Made by a program: the position numbers and the translations under genes. From positions 115,258,001-115,322,000 of the forward strand of contig NC_058376.1 in the NCBI RefSeq assembly GCF_018350175.1: a stretch of 64,000 bases of DNA, read 5' to 3'. Position 1 is the stretch's first letter. Each line of letters opens with the position of its first letter. This document shows positions 39,697 to 51,460 of the stretch, piece after piece. The notes under the pieces were generated by a model. That model had not been told where the DNA came from. It was given only the letters and a program-made list of their open reading frames with translations, and made no database searches. Source of the DNA: Felis catus (lineage: Eukaryota).

Positions 39697-40328
39697 TAGT
39701 ACATAAGTCTACCCAATTTTCTGCCCTTAAGGGACCTCAGCTTAGTCCTGTTTCTTGCAAAAATGCTAAAATTTTTAAAACATTGGAACAAATGTTTTTT
39801 TTTTCCTCACAGATATGTAGTGATTTCTTCATAATGCTTAGGAATTAGCCAAGTGGAGTGGTCATTCTCCTCAGGCTCGAATCCCCAATGGGATTTTACT
39901 TATTTACTGATGTCTTCCCAGCACACAGAACCACACCTGGCATATAGGGGACACTCAATAAGTATTTGTGCAATGATAACTTTGCTCATTATGCTGTTTT
40001 GACTTTATTAATGAGATTGAATTGTTAAATTTTTTTAAAGAGAAGTTTGATTTTTTTGGTTCTATTTTAGGGTTCTTATAGTCTACTTTTTCATGTTTAA
40101 TAACTTTTGGGGGGCTTATAAGTCTAATTGAGGACAGCTTTTATTAAATAGAGACACACAGCAGCATGCCATTTTGTAGACTGGTGTTTGAAGTAGACTT
40201 ACTCCCTTTCTGTTGATATTTTCAATCATAGCAGATATATTATGTTACTTTAGAAAGTGAAGTCTGATTTTCAACCTTTTTTTTCTTTTGTTTTTCATGT
40301 ATGGGTGTATGTCTATGTGTATACATAC

Positions 40329-40382
<54 letters not shown>

Positions 40383-40693
40383 GGGAGGAACAGACTAGTT
40401 ACAGGAGAACATCAAAGTGTGGCAATAGTTATTTCATAGTTAACACACATTTTTGCTAAGTCATCCTGTCACCTTGCCTTTGCTATATTTAAATTCATGA
40501 ACAATCATATATACCTGGTCAGCACTTAAAATTCAATGAATACACAATTATAAAAGTTCTTCACAGAAACAAGTATGAATCATGGAGAATCTCTCTCATT
40601 TTTAAATTATTTAATTCATTCATTTTTTATATGTTCTACTTGAAACTAATTCATATAATTTTACTCACCCATGTACTATGTATTTATAAATTG
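39697..40693 (+). pseudogene. SLC9C relic: pre-VSD linker and voltage-sensor S2-S4
   Basis: SALKG and LAKMLKFLKHW (39.7-39.8 kb); FNNFWGAY[fs]LIE, HFVDW, VDL, FLLIFSIIADIL (40071-40257); S4 LKLIHIILLTHVLCIYKL|gtaagt (40640-40693) with K/H/L/H/C/K at every third residue. Confidence 0.7.
40334..40380. repeat. (TG)n microsatellite
   Basis: About 23 TG units. Confidence 0.95.
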
Positions 40694-41064
40694 GTAAGTT
40701 GTATTTTCTTAGAATTAGGATGTCACTGTAAACTAGTTATCAGTAAAACTAAGCACCCACAATGCTAGTAATTTATTCATAAAATGCTTAAGGTCTTTAG
40801 GTTTATGTGTAAAGTCTCAGAGACTTGAAAGATGGACAGCTCCCTAGGATGTAGATCATTTCTTATCCTGCAGTAATAAAACTCTGCCTTGGAGAAACAA
40901 AATAAGTTGTGAAAATTCCAGAAATAAAGTCACTTATCAAAAATTTCTCCTTTATTGCTTTCTTAGGATTCTCTCCTCCAGTATCATCACTGCAGTCATA
41001 TAGATCATATGTCACTTCTTATAGGCAGAGTGACTAGAGATATCCCAAGATTATAATTTACTTT

Positions 41065-41126
41065 ATCCATCATTCATCCATCCATCAATCTATCTGTCCA
41101 TCCCTCCCTCCCTCCATCCATCCATT
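41065..41126. repeat. (TCCA)n/(TCCC)n simple repeat
   Basis: Seen directly. Confidence 0.85.
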
Positions 41127-41144
41127 TTGCTTGCTTATTAGTTA

Positions 41145-41345
41145 ACTGCAAATATTTATTAGGCACAAGCTATATGCCAAGCACTGTACTAGGGACTTTT
41201 TATCTCATTTAATCTTTATAAAAACTTAATACCCATCCATTTTACAGATGAGGAAACTGAGGCTCAGAATGGTCAAGTAATTTGTCTGAGGTCCTAGTCT
41301 ATGAGCACTTGATCTGGGATTAAATTCAGGTATGTCTGACACCAG
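41145..41345 (-). mobile_element. MIR SINE
   Basis: Core cattttacagatgaggaaactgaggctcaga. Confidence 0.9.
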
Positions 41346-41805
41346 ACACTACCATAAAAAAAGGAGATCAGCAGTAGTTTGACTGGATCAACTTGTCTCA
41401 AATGTTTTTGAGTTGGAGGTTCAGCACTGGATTATGAATTATGTCTTTGTATTATTTATATTATGCCTTTGTATTAATTAGAAAAAGCTACTTCTTCCTC
41501 TAAGCCAGAGCATACAGGTCAGAGAGCAGAGCAGGCCCACTCAATTCTTGCTTGCCCCTACTTACTTCCTTGCTAGGTGCTCTTTTGCATGGAGCAGCCT
41601 GTGCAAACATTTGTGGTGGCCCTGAAGAGAAGCATGTACCATGGAGGGTTGACAGGGTTGCATACAGGGAGACACAACAGAAGACTTGCCTTGCAACTGA
41701 CTCCCACTTAGTCCTTGCACTCTGACCTCCAACTCTCTGCTTCTTTTACAGATGGAGATAGAAAGTATAATATTATAAGTGTATAGTTAAAAATTAGATA
41801 ATTTT

Positions 41806-42010
41806 GGGTGCGCCTGGGTGACTTAGTTGGTTAAGTGTCTGACTGCAGCTCAGATCATGATCTCACAGTTAGTGGGTTCAAGCCCTGCATCAGGCTCTGT
41901 GCTGACAGCTCAGAGCCTGGAGCCTGCTTCAGATTCTGTATCTCCCTCTTCCTCTGCCCCTCCCCTGCTCACACTCTGTCTCTCTCAAAAATAAATAAAC
42001 ATATAAAAAA
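41806..42010 (+). mobile_element. Can-SINE
   Basis: gggtgcgcctgggtg...aaaataaataaa; TSD attag(a/c)taatttt. Confidence 0.92.
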
Positions 42011-42414
42011 TACTTTACAGATTAGCTAATTTTCCCCATGTGGCAAGCCAGGGACCTGCATTGTTCAGAATCCATGATTGGGCTTGCAGTCAGGCTGCAA
42101 ACCATCTTATCTATATCTTCAGCATGAATTCTGCTCTGCATGGCATTTTCAAGTACATGGTATTTTACACCAAATAGTTAAGAAAATCATAATAAATAAT
42201 AAATGGGGAAGTCATCTAAAATTAAAATATAATGAAACCTAGCAGATGAAAAATAACACGTGAGATAAATATGTTGTATTCCAAGTTAAATATTGGAATA
42301 AAACAGCAAAAATAAAGTTGATTTCTTGCCACATGGGTTCTATGGAGAGATAATGTTCAAGGGAGTTGAGAATATTGTTAAGCGATTGTTGTGGAACTGA
42401 AATATTGTGGCTCA

Positions 42415-42552
42415 TTTTTTAAAATGTTTATTTATTTTGAGAAAGAGAGAGAGAGAGATCGCAAGCAGGGGAGGGGCAGAGAGAGAGGGAGATACAGAAT
42501 CCCAAGCAGGCTTTGCACTGTTAGTGAACTGACTGAGCCACCCAGTCAATCC
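42415..42552 (-). mobile_element. Internally deleted Can-SINE
   Basis: (GA)n...acagaatcccaagcaggc joined to actgactgagccaccca. Confidence 0.85.
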
Positions 42553-42559
42553 TATTGAG

Positions 42560-43400
42560 GCTCAGATTAAAAAGAAAATGATGAAGTAAGGAGGGATTGG
42601 TAGCTTGGGATGAAGTGGAAGGGCCGTGGGACTGGAGGGTTCAGAAAGTTACAGGAACAGGAGTAACTGCAGCAGGTGGGTCGTAGGAATGAAGATTGTA
42701 TTGCCAAAGCAGGATGCTTTAATTTAATCTTTGGAAGTGCCTATTTAGAGTCCATGGAGGCTGTGAGTGAACTGAATATGCACGTCCCTAGCAATGAGAA
42801 GACCAAGGAAAGAGGTCAAGGTGCTGGGTGGTTCATGGGATGTTAATATGCCCTAGGGCAACAACAGATATTGAGGTAGAGAAATACACCAAAATAGGTG
42901 CTTATGTCTTCCAACAGTGATGGTGACGTGGCAGATATTGCCAGAGCGGGAAAGCCTTGAAGAGGCAGACATTTGCTGCACACATTAGAAAGAGGTATAG
43001 AGGTCTGGAGGTGTCCCTGGGAAGTGAGATGACACTGTCTCTCATTGTGAAACCCCAGGGAATGTGGTGTGTGATGAGAAAAGTCAGTTTCAATATGGGG
43101 AGGTGGGAGATGAAATGTTCAGTCAAGAAATGGAGGACAGAGGACAGTCTGTTTATGATTCCACAGATATTCCAGAGGATATAGCAGAAAGATCTGAAGG
43201 GAATAATCTGTGGGTGTGGGAGCCCAGAGCAGACAGGGGATTAGTGAAGGAAAGATGTGAGACAAGAAGGTTTTCACGGCTCCTAAGTTTCTCACCAAGT
43301 GTTCCCAGCTGTCTCTGGTGTCTGATAGCAAGAGAGAAGGATCCGTCCTCTCCAGAGGGGTCAGCTGCTCCTGAGGTGAATCACTTGTTCTGGGAACTCT
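42560..43400 (-). mobile_element. Probable degenerate L2 fragment
   Basis: Purine-skewed block resembling antisense L2 ORF2; weak. Confidence 0.4.
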
Positions 43401-44240
43401 TGGTACAGATGATCAAACTGGTCCCAGGACTTTTGCTGCTCTTATATCCAGTAATTAAAGTGTTTTGAGTTTTGCACTAAAAATTTGCATTTCTTACTTG
43501 GAGATGTCATGGGAGATAAAGCAAAGTGCACACAAGACAAGGTAGCTAATTCCAAGCCCCTTGACTTGTAAGACTGAATTTCAACCATGTGTAGTATTTC
43601 TAAAGAAGAGTTAACTTCTCAGGTTAATCTTAGACTAGAGATAAATCCCATGAATGGAAAATGACACATGGGCATTCAGAGGGCAGTAACTCCCTTATGT
43701 GGGCACTTCTGTCCATGGGGCAGAAGAACATGTGCAAGTGAGAGATGGTGTGAGAGATGGTTAGAGTGTAGAGCTAGTTGAAATTTAGAGGAAGAGTGAG
43801 TCAGCAGTTCTACCAGTGAGAGGAAGAAGTGCAAGTAGATAAGTGAAAATGCCTTGGAGTTTCTTGCTGAGTTGTCTGAATTGAGGATGACTTGGAGAGG
43901 GGCTGGGCAGCCAGTCCTGTTGATCAGATGTAGACTGAATGGGAATAAAAGCTGTTCTGAAACACCAATATCTTACTCACAAATAGTTTTGTATCTCGGA
44001 GACCATAAGAGATAAAGAGATATGGGCATTCCGTCATGAATTCAGTAGGTGAGTCCTAGTTCTCCAGGTAGAGTAAGGGGGCAAGGGCACTGCATCAGAA
44101 GGGAGTGTATATAGTGCCACTCAGGAGTGGAATATCATGAAATTCCTGGGAATACTGGGACAATACAGAAGTCACACTGGGAATATAAATCAAGTAAGAT
44201 AGTGGACAGCCAGATTGTGAGACTAGCCTAGGGATCTGAA

Positions 44241-44580
44241 CTTCATGCCTATGCTTTATAAAGAAGACATCAGGTGATATAACAGTGTAGTTGCTTGTAT
44301 ATGAATGGAGTTGGCAGGACTCTGAGTCTCTGGAAACAGAAGGAGGTCACAGAACACTTTCTCAATATTCGTAAGCAATGAGTTAGTCACTGGTATGTCC
44401 AAAAGACCCAAATTGCTTCTCATACAAATTGCCTATTCTGATGAAATCCCTGTGCATTCCTGCAGTCTCAAACCACTTTTGCTATCAAGAGAAAGAGCAG
44501 TGTTGTTGTGGATACTTGAGAATCTGTCAAGGTTTAATCTGGGTAGTTTAGCAATCCAACAGGGAGGGATAAATAAAACA
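44241..44580 (+). pseudogene. SLC9C relic: post-VSD coupling helices
   Basis: LHAYAL[fs]KEDIR (vs LKGYVQGEADIM), donor gtaagc at 44371; cctgcag|SQTTFAIKRK[fs]AVLLWILENLSRFNL versus PEIAVTVKTK...VMLNMATEILKAFGL. Confidence 0.55.
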
Positions 44581-44643
44581 TTGCTATCTTAGGGCAAGGA
44601 AGAGATTATGGATAATATAAAACTTTTACAAAGCAGATTTGAA

Positions 44644-44787
44644 GGGGCATCTGGGTGGCTCAGATGGTTGAGTGGCTGACTTTTGGTTTCTGCTAAGGTC
44701 ATGATCCCAGGGTCATGGGATCAAGCCCGCATCGGACTCCACATTGCCTGCTTAAGATGCTGTCTCCCTCTTCCCACTCATGTGCTT

Positions 44788-44824
<37 letters not shown>

Positions 44825-44826
44825 AA
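44644..44826 (+). mobile_element. Older Can-SINE
   Basis: ggggcatctgggtggctcag...(CT)n; TSD aaagca(g/t)atttg. Confidence 0.88.
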
Positions 44827-45145
44827 GCATATTTGGAAAGAAAGATTATATCAGAAAATAATTTTAACTCTTTACTAGGCAAAGCATAGAGATAATTTTT
44901 AAAGAGTGGAAATGAGAATACTTTCGGAAGTTAGGAATGTGAACATTTCTCTTTGAAAATTTGAAGACCTGATACATTCAAATATTCTCCTTAACACTGA
45001 TTACAAAGTTTTAAAATAGATGGACTCTGTCTTAATGATTTCTACAGCACAAGAGCAGTGGCCATTAATCAATATTTATTAGTTGAACCTAGTTGAATTA
45101 GAAAAAAAGTACAGTGACAAATTCAGTTAGATAAAACAGACTGCA

Positions 45146-45310
45146 GGGGCGCCTGGGTGGCTCAGTCGGTTAAGTGTCCGACTTTGGCTCAGGTCATAAT
45201 CTCACGGTTTGTGGGTTCGAGCCCCACATCGGGCTCTGTGCTGACAGCTCAGAGCCTGGACCGTGCTTCGGAATCTGTGTCTGTCTCTCTCTCCGTTTCT
45301 CCCCCATTCA

Positions 45311-45394
<84 letters not shown>

Positions 45395-45440
45395 GTCTCT
45401 CTCTCTCTCAAAAATAAATAGCTTAAAAAAATTAAAAAAA
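45146..45440 (+). mobile_element. Can-SINE with expanded (CT)n(GT)n
   Basis: TSD aaaacagactgca on both sides. Confidence 0.93.
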
Positions 45441-45564
45441 AAACAGACTGCATATTGTTGTGCCTAGAATTATGGAGATATCAAAACATGTGAGATACAT
45501 TCTGAAGGAAATCCATTATTCAGTTCCTATGCTAAAGTTGTATTTCTCTGTTCTTATGTGTTAG

Positions 45565-46000
45565 TGACGTTACTACATACTCTCAGCATTTGCCAAAAGA
45601 GTTCAGGCTCAAATGCTTTTGGCAGCTTTGATACTGACTGGAAGGTTTTCAAATTATTCATGGTAAAAGGTTGGGTGGCGAATGGGCAGGGGCAGATGCA
45701 GTCAAGCAGAGAGAAGGAAAGGCAGGACCCAGCTAAAGTAATAAATTCAGCATTACTTACAAATTTCCAATTTCGAATAGTAGAAATAGAGATGGCCCAG
45801 ACCTATAAAAACCAACTGGGATTTTACCTTCCTCAAACTTTTCAAGTTGACCTCTTGGGAGGTAAAAGAATATTCAAACAACAAATGTTAAGGAAAGAAC
45901 AATCTGATCCTCGAATACATTTGCATAGTTTGAGATAAGAATTTGCTTAAAAGAACTATCTAACTACCTGTCTGTATGTTTATTGAGTTTTGTATGTCAG
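45565..46000 (+). pseudogene. SLC9C relic: cyclic-nucleotide-binding domain
   Basis: In the frame of ORF 45558..45938: DWKVFKLFM|gtaaaa (vs DMKLIDFIK), SALLTNFQF, GFYLPQTFQVDL (vs GLFLIVSGLVKL), and past two stops KNYLTT (vs EDYLTV). Confidence 0.6.
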
Positions 46001-46221
46001 GTGTACAGTGTGGAGTTAACCACAGCCCTCAATTCATGTCATAGTATCTACATTGGTCTGTGCAAGTCCTTTCTTTTATTTTGCTTATTTATTCTGTTTT
46101 ATGCCTATTCCCCACTGAAGCGCTGTTTCTAATGTGTTTGATATGCTTCCTTTTATTTATGTGTGGTCTTGAAAATATGCATTGTTGGTGATGTGCATGT
46201 GTACTTAATTTATATACATAG

Positions 46222-49200
46222 TATCTTACATTGGGCTTTCTGGAAGCAGAGCCTGAGACAGGAATTCTTATTCAGGTGATTTACTGAGGGAACAATCTCA
46301 GAAGAAGGGGAGCAAGGGAAGTAGGATGGGTCAGGGGAAAAAGCTAACCAAGGATGTAGCCTCGTAGACTAGCTTCAGTCTGATTCCACAAGGAAGCTCT
46401 GGAGCCCAAATTACAGTACTGAGGTGATCTACTTTGAAGCAAGAGGGGGTGACCTCTTGTGGGCACTGCCAGTCAGTCACTGTCTGAGGGCCTCTCATTC
46501 CTGGCTATGTGAGGGAAGTACTAATTTCCAGAACCAGGAGGCTCCCAGAAGGGGGCATCTGTGAGCCATTAGCAGCCAACACTCAACCACTAGGAGAGGG
46601 GTGTACTGGCTAGAAAGAGAGTCTAGGCTAGGCATCAGTAGTGTTCATTACAGACTTACCCTTGCACAACGCAGTAACACTTGCTTTTCACCTTAATTTT
46701 ACTCTATCCAAGCACAGCTTCTCCAAGATTCCTGTTTGGTTACAATTTCTGAAAACTGACAAGAGGAACATTATCAGGTCATCAGCCCTGTTGCTGTAGT
46801 GGGTCCCAGGCTAGAACTGATCCTCCTCATTTTCCCCTCCATCACTTATTCTAGCTCCCTTCCACTTTGGTTAGTACTTCTACTGGGCTGGCTTTAAGCT
46901 TAAGCTTTCCTGACTGGAAATCAAGACCTTTAATCCTACATTGTCAAAAGCTGCAGGGACAGGAAACACAAATTACTCAAGTGGGTCACTGGGACTGATG
47001 GTGGCCAGTGCCACTCCTACTTCTACCACTTGGTTTCTAGAGCCATGTATTTTACCCAGCACCATGTAATGGCTTTGGTTTGGTGTATATCCTCATAGGA
47101 TGTCATATCCAAGCTGGTACCTTAGCTATGCCTTTAAGAAGCCATTTCCTTACTTGGTCATTCTGGCACCTTCTGAATTGTGTGCTATGTGATAGAATCA
47201 TTATATCACACACTTATTTACTCATCACAGCACTTTCTTTGCTTTAAAGTAGATTTCCTGGTTTAAGACATTGTTATGTGGGATTCCATGAGGGTAGAGC
47301 AGATACTTTATGATGCCTTATATAGTGGTGCTGGCTGAGGCACTGCAGGCAGAAAAGTCAGCCATACCTAAAATACATGTACTCTTGGCGATCAGGAAAC
47401 CAAAGTGCAAGGGGCTCAATGTAATCAACTTGCTACCAAATGGCTGGGTATTGTCCATGAGGGATGGTCCTCAGACAGGGAGCTCAGCATTAGTCTCTGT
47501 TGCTGGCAAGTCAGTAGTGGACGTAGCTAGATCAGCTTTGGTGAGAGTGAGCCTAGGCTGTTGGGACCAGGCAGCATACCTCCAGCTCTGCCACTATGGC
47601 TACTCTGTTTATGATAATTGTGCAAATACTGTGGTAATCAAGGATAGAGGTTGACTGGCATTTGTAGACTAAGTCACCTTGGCTTAATTAGTGCCTTTTG
47701 CAGAATGCTATTTGGTGAGCATTAATTGCAATAAAAATATCTTCATACTTTGTGGTCACTCTCATAGGTCTCTTCATATACCTCTTCCTTTGATGTCTCT
47801 TTTTCCAGTATTGTTTCTTCTAGGCCTTTGATCAACCACCCAAGCCATTCTACATAGGTCATGAATCTGTGTGGACCCTTACTTTAGGCAACTTCTCTCT
47901 TCACACAAAGTGAAAGACCAGGTACGCTGCCCAGTGGGATGACTTCCCTCAATATTTTAGGACCACCCTGAGTAAGGCCTTTGTGCAGCACCAGTCTACT
48001 TATGTCTTAAAATCACTTAGTAAGCCAGCCCATTCATGAACCAAGCTCAGGCGTTTTCCTTTTTCATTCACTGGTCACAAATGTGAGAGGAAGAAGTGAT
48101 GTCAGTGCAACAGTGACAGGTGACATGAAGTATGGGACACCTGGTGACTTTTAGGTGACTTTTCCCTCTGAACTTAATCCCCAAACCAGCCCGTTTGGGT
48201 CACTATAACAAAAAACCATAGACTTGTAAACAACAGAAATGTATTTCTTATGGTCTGGATGCTGGGAAGTCCATCATGGCTTCAGCAGATTTGGTGTTCT
48301 TGAGGGCCTGATTTCTGAATCATAGGTGGAGACTTCTCACAATGTTCTGACAGGATGGAAGGGGCATGGGAACTCTGCATGGTATCTTTTATAAGAACAC
48401 TGATCCCATTCATGGAGGTTCTCTCCACATGGCCTAAGAACCTCCCAAAGGCTCCAGTTTCTAATACCATTATCTTTGGGGGTTAAGATTTCAACATACG
48501 AATTTTGGGGGACACATTCAGACCATAGCCTCAGAGATGCCACTTCCACAATCCATTAGTAATGGATTACTACTGCTCTCCCAACTTTATTAATTTATTG
48601 GTTTGATAGCAGGCTGTATGCTCACTTGATGTGCAGTTTCTATCACCAGGCTAGGACTGATGATACATTTTTGAATGATATATTTTTCTCTGCTATAGAT
48701 GACCTCATCTTGCTCTAATACTCTAGAGGTCTTTACAACAGATCTTCTAGCATGCCAAAGACTTCCTATGATGTTTTTGTTGCCACTGCTTGATCTGTTG
48801 CAAAGCCCTAATCTGCTTGGGGCACCATTCAAAGCAACCAGCCTTCTGTATGACCCAATGAAAGAGTCATTATAGTATTCCAAGCGTGGAATATGCTGCT
48901 TCCAAAATCCAAAACGGCCCACCAAGTATTGTGCTTTTGTTTTCTTAGTGGTATGAGGTAGTTTTTACTTTAAAAAGGATATTCCAGTATGCCTCAGACC
49001 ACCAGATGCCTATGTTGAATCCTTGATCATTACAGGATTTTTCTTCCACCCTCTAAATCTTATGTGTCTTATCAAGGCATCCAGAGTACTTGACATTTCC
49101 TGCCTATCAGGTCTAACAAACATGATTCATCAATATAATGGACCAAAGTTATATTCTGTATGATCAGATTATACAGTCTCCTTTGAACTATATTATAATA

Positions 49201-50050
49201 GAGAATGGGAGAATTAATGTAGATCTTGGGCAAAATTGTGAATATGCTCTGCTGTCCATTCCAAATGGACTTGAACTGCTTCTGATCCTTCTTTCTAATG
49301 TGTACGGAGAAAATGCATTTGTCATATCAGTAGCTGAATATCATGTACCTGAAGCTGTGTTAATCTCTTCCAATAAAGATACCATATTCAATATAGCTGT
49401 TGTAACTGGAGCTATGATTTGTTTAAGTTTGTGGTAGTTCACTGTCACCCACCATGATATATGTAGTTTCTGTGAAGGCCAGATTGGTGAATTAACTAGT
49501 GATATTACAGAGCCTGCAATTCCAACATCTTTTAGATCCTTGAGAGTGGCATTAATCTCCTATTCTCCTGGGTTGCAGCATTGTTTTGGATTTAGTATCT
49601 TGGTGGTATAGAAGGGTATTCTCAGGGGCTTCTATTTGGTGTTTCTTACTATATTCTATAGGTCAAAGGATCATTCTGACAATTTTACCAATGCTTAGTA
49701 TATGTATCCATTCCAAATATTTATTTGAGAAATGGAGAAATGACCATGAGATGGATCCTTGGACTCCCTGTGAGATGGATCTGGGCCAGGACTGTAGTTA
49801 TTACCTGTCACCCATATGTACCTGCTTTAACAGAGGAGCCATTATGGTGCTTTAGATGCCTGAATCAGAATAACTTGGGCCCTGTGTCCAACAAGTATTC
49901 CCTTCCCTCAGTATATTGATACCTAAGTAAGCGGCTGTAAGACCCTTTGGGGGAGAACTTGGGGAATCACTGCTATGCTCATTTGCCTGGTGTTGCAGGG
50001 TCATTTATTATGGGATGTCACCTCTCCTTTAGTTGACAGATTTGTGTTTG
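46222..50050 (-). mobile_element. Degenerate ERVL provirus fragment (LTR about 46222-46652 plus pol remnants)
   Basis: Minus strand TLVHYIDE (RT YIDD motif, about 49125-49150) and VGRFGFWKQHIPRL (ORF 48590..48925), typical of ERVL pol. Confidence 0.85.
48187..48528 (-). mobile_element. MLT1A-like LTR nested in the ERVL
   Basis: ctataacaaaaaaccatagac...ggatgctgggaagtcc...ggggacacattcagaccatagc. Confidence 0.88.
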
Positions 50051-50109
50051 AGAATTAGTCATCTAGTTCATACTAATGCTCCAAAGGTTATTTTTCAAGT
50101 TAAAAAAAT

Positions 50110-51165
50110 AGTTGGAAACTCTTCAGAAACCAACAGTCTGGTTAGAAAATGGGCCAAAGACCTTAATAGATGCCTCACCAAAGAAGAAATATAGATGGCA
50201 AACAGCATGAAAAAATGCTCCACATTATATGTCATCAGGGAAACGTAAATTAAAACAACATTGAAGTACTACAATATGCGTTTTAGAATGCTGAAACCTA
50301 GACACTGAAAACACCAAATGCTAGTGAGCATGTGGAGCAGTAGGAACTCTTATTTATTGCTGGTGAAAATGCAAAATGGTACAGTCACTTTAGAAGACAG
50401 TGTGGTGGTTTCTTGTAAAGCTAAACATACTTTTACCAGAAGATCTTGCGATGATGTTACTTGGTATTTACTCAAAGGAGTTGAAAACTTCTGTCTGCAC
50501 AAAAACCTGCATGTGGCTCTTTATAGCAATGGTAGTTTTATTCATAACTGCTCAAAGTTGCAAGCAACTAAGATGTCCCTCAGCCCGTGAATGGGTAACT
50601 AAACTGTGGTGCATCCAGACAATGGAACATTATTCAGTGCTTAAAAGGAAATGTGCTATGGAGCCATGAAAAAATGTGGAGGGACCTTAAATGTGTATTG
50701 GTAAGTGAAAGAAGCCAATCTGAAAAGGCTACATACTGTATGATTCCAACTATTTAATATTCTGTAAAAGGCAAAACACTGGAGACAGTAAAAAGATTAG
50801 TGATTGCCAGTGTTTGNNNNNNNNNNNNNNNNNNNNNNNNNNNNNNNNNNNNNNNNNNNNNNNNNNNNNNNNNNNNNNNNNNNNNNNNNNNNNNNNNNNN
50901 NNNNNNNNNNNNNNNNNNNNNNNNNNNNNNNNNNNNNNNNNNNNNNNNNNNNNNNNNNNNNNNNNNNNTGGACTTTGAGTGATTCTAATGTGTTAAGGTA
51001 GGTTCATCAATTGTGATACATGTACCATTTCTAATGGGGGGTGTTGATAATGAGGGAGGCTGTGCATGTGTGAAGGTAGGGGATTTATGGGAAATTTCTT
51101 TATCTTCTCAATTTTGCTGTGAACCTTAAACTGCTCTAAAAAGATGAAATCTTAATAAAAAAATT
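50110..51165 (+). mobile_element. L1MC-type 3' end
   Basis: ORFs 50318/50400 resemble the L1 ORF2 C-terminus; 3'UTR ttttgctgtgaaccttaaactgctctaaaa. Confidence 0.88.
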
Positions 51166-51343
51166 GGATAGTAACCAGCATTTTTTGACAAATGGGAAAA
51201 TTGGAAATACAGATTTTTCTAGAGGAAAAGTCAGTTTCTGAGATGGTATACAGTATAGTAATTCCTACCTTCACGGAGTTCACAATCCAATTATGGAATC
51301 AATATCTATCCATATGGAAAGGTTACTGAAATGTGTTAACTAG

Positions 51344-51460
51344 GTTGCCTATTATAGTTTATCATAAAGGAGTTTTCTGAACATTTTTGAGCCTACCCAA
51401 CATTGTTGTGGTTGGGGAAATGAGGTTTTCAGAATCTGCTCTTGCAAGATTAACACTGGT
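51344..51460 (+). pseudogene. SLC9C relic: CNBD C-terminal helices
   Basis: aactag|VAYYSLS*RSFLNIFE[fs]YPTL...FRICS versus VYFITAEDMNIAIDTFTLYPSL...IRIAT. Confidence 0.45.
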
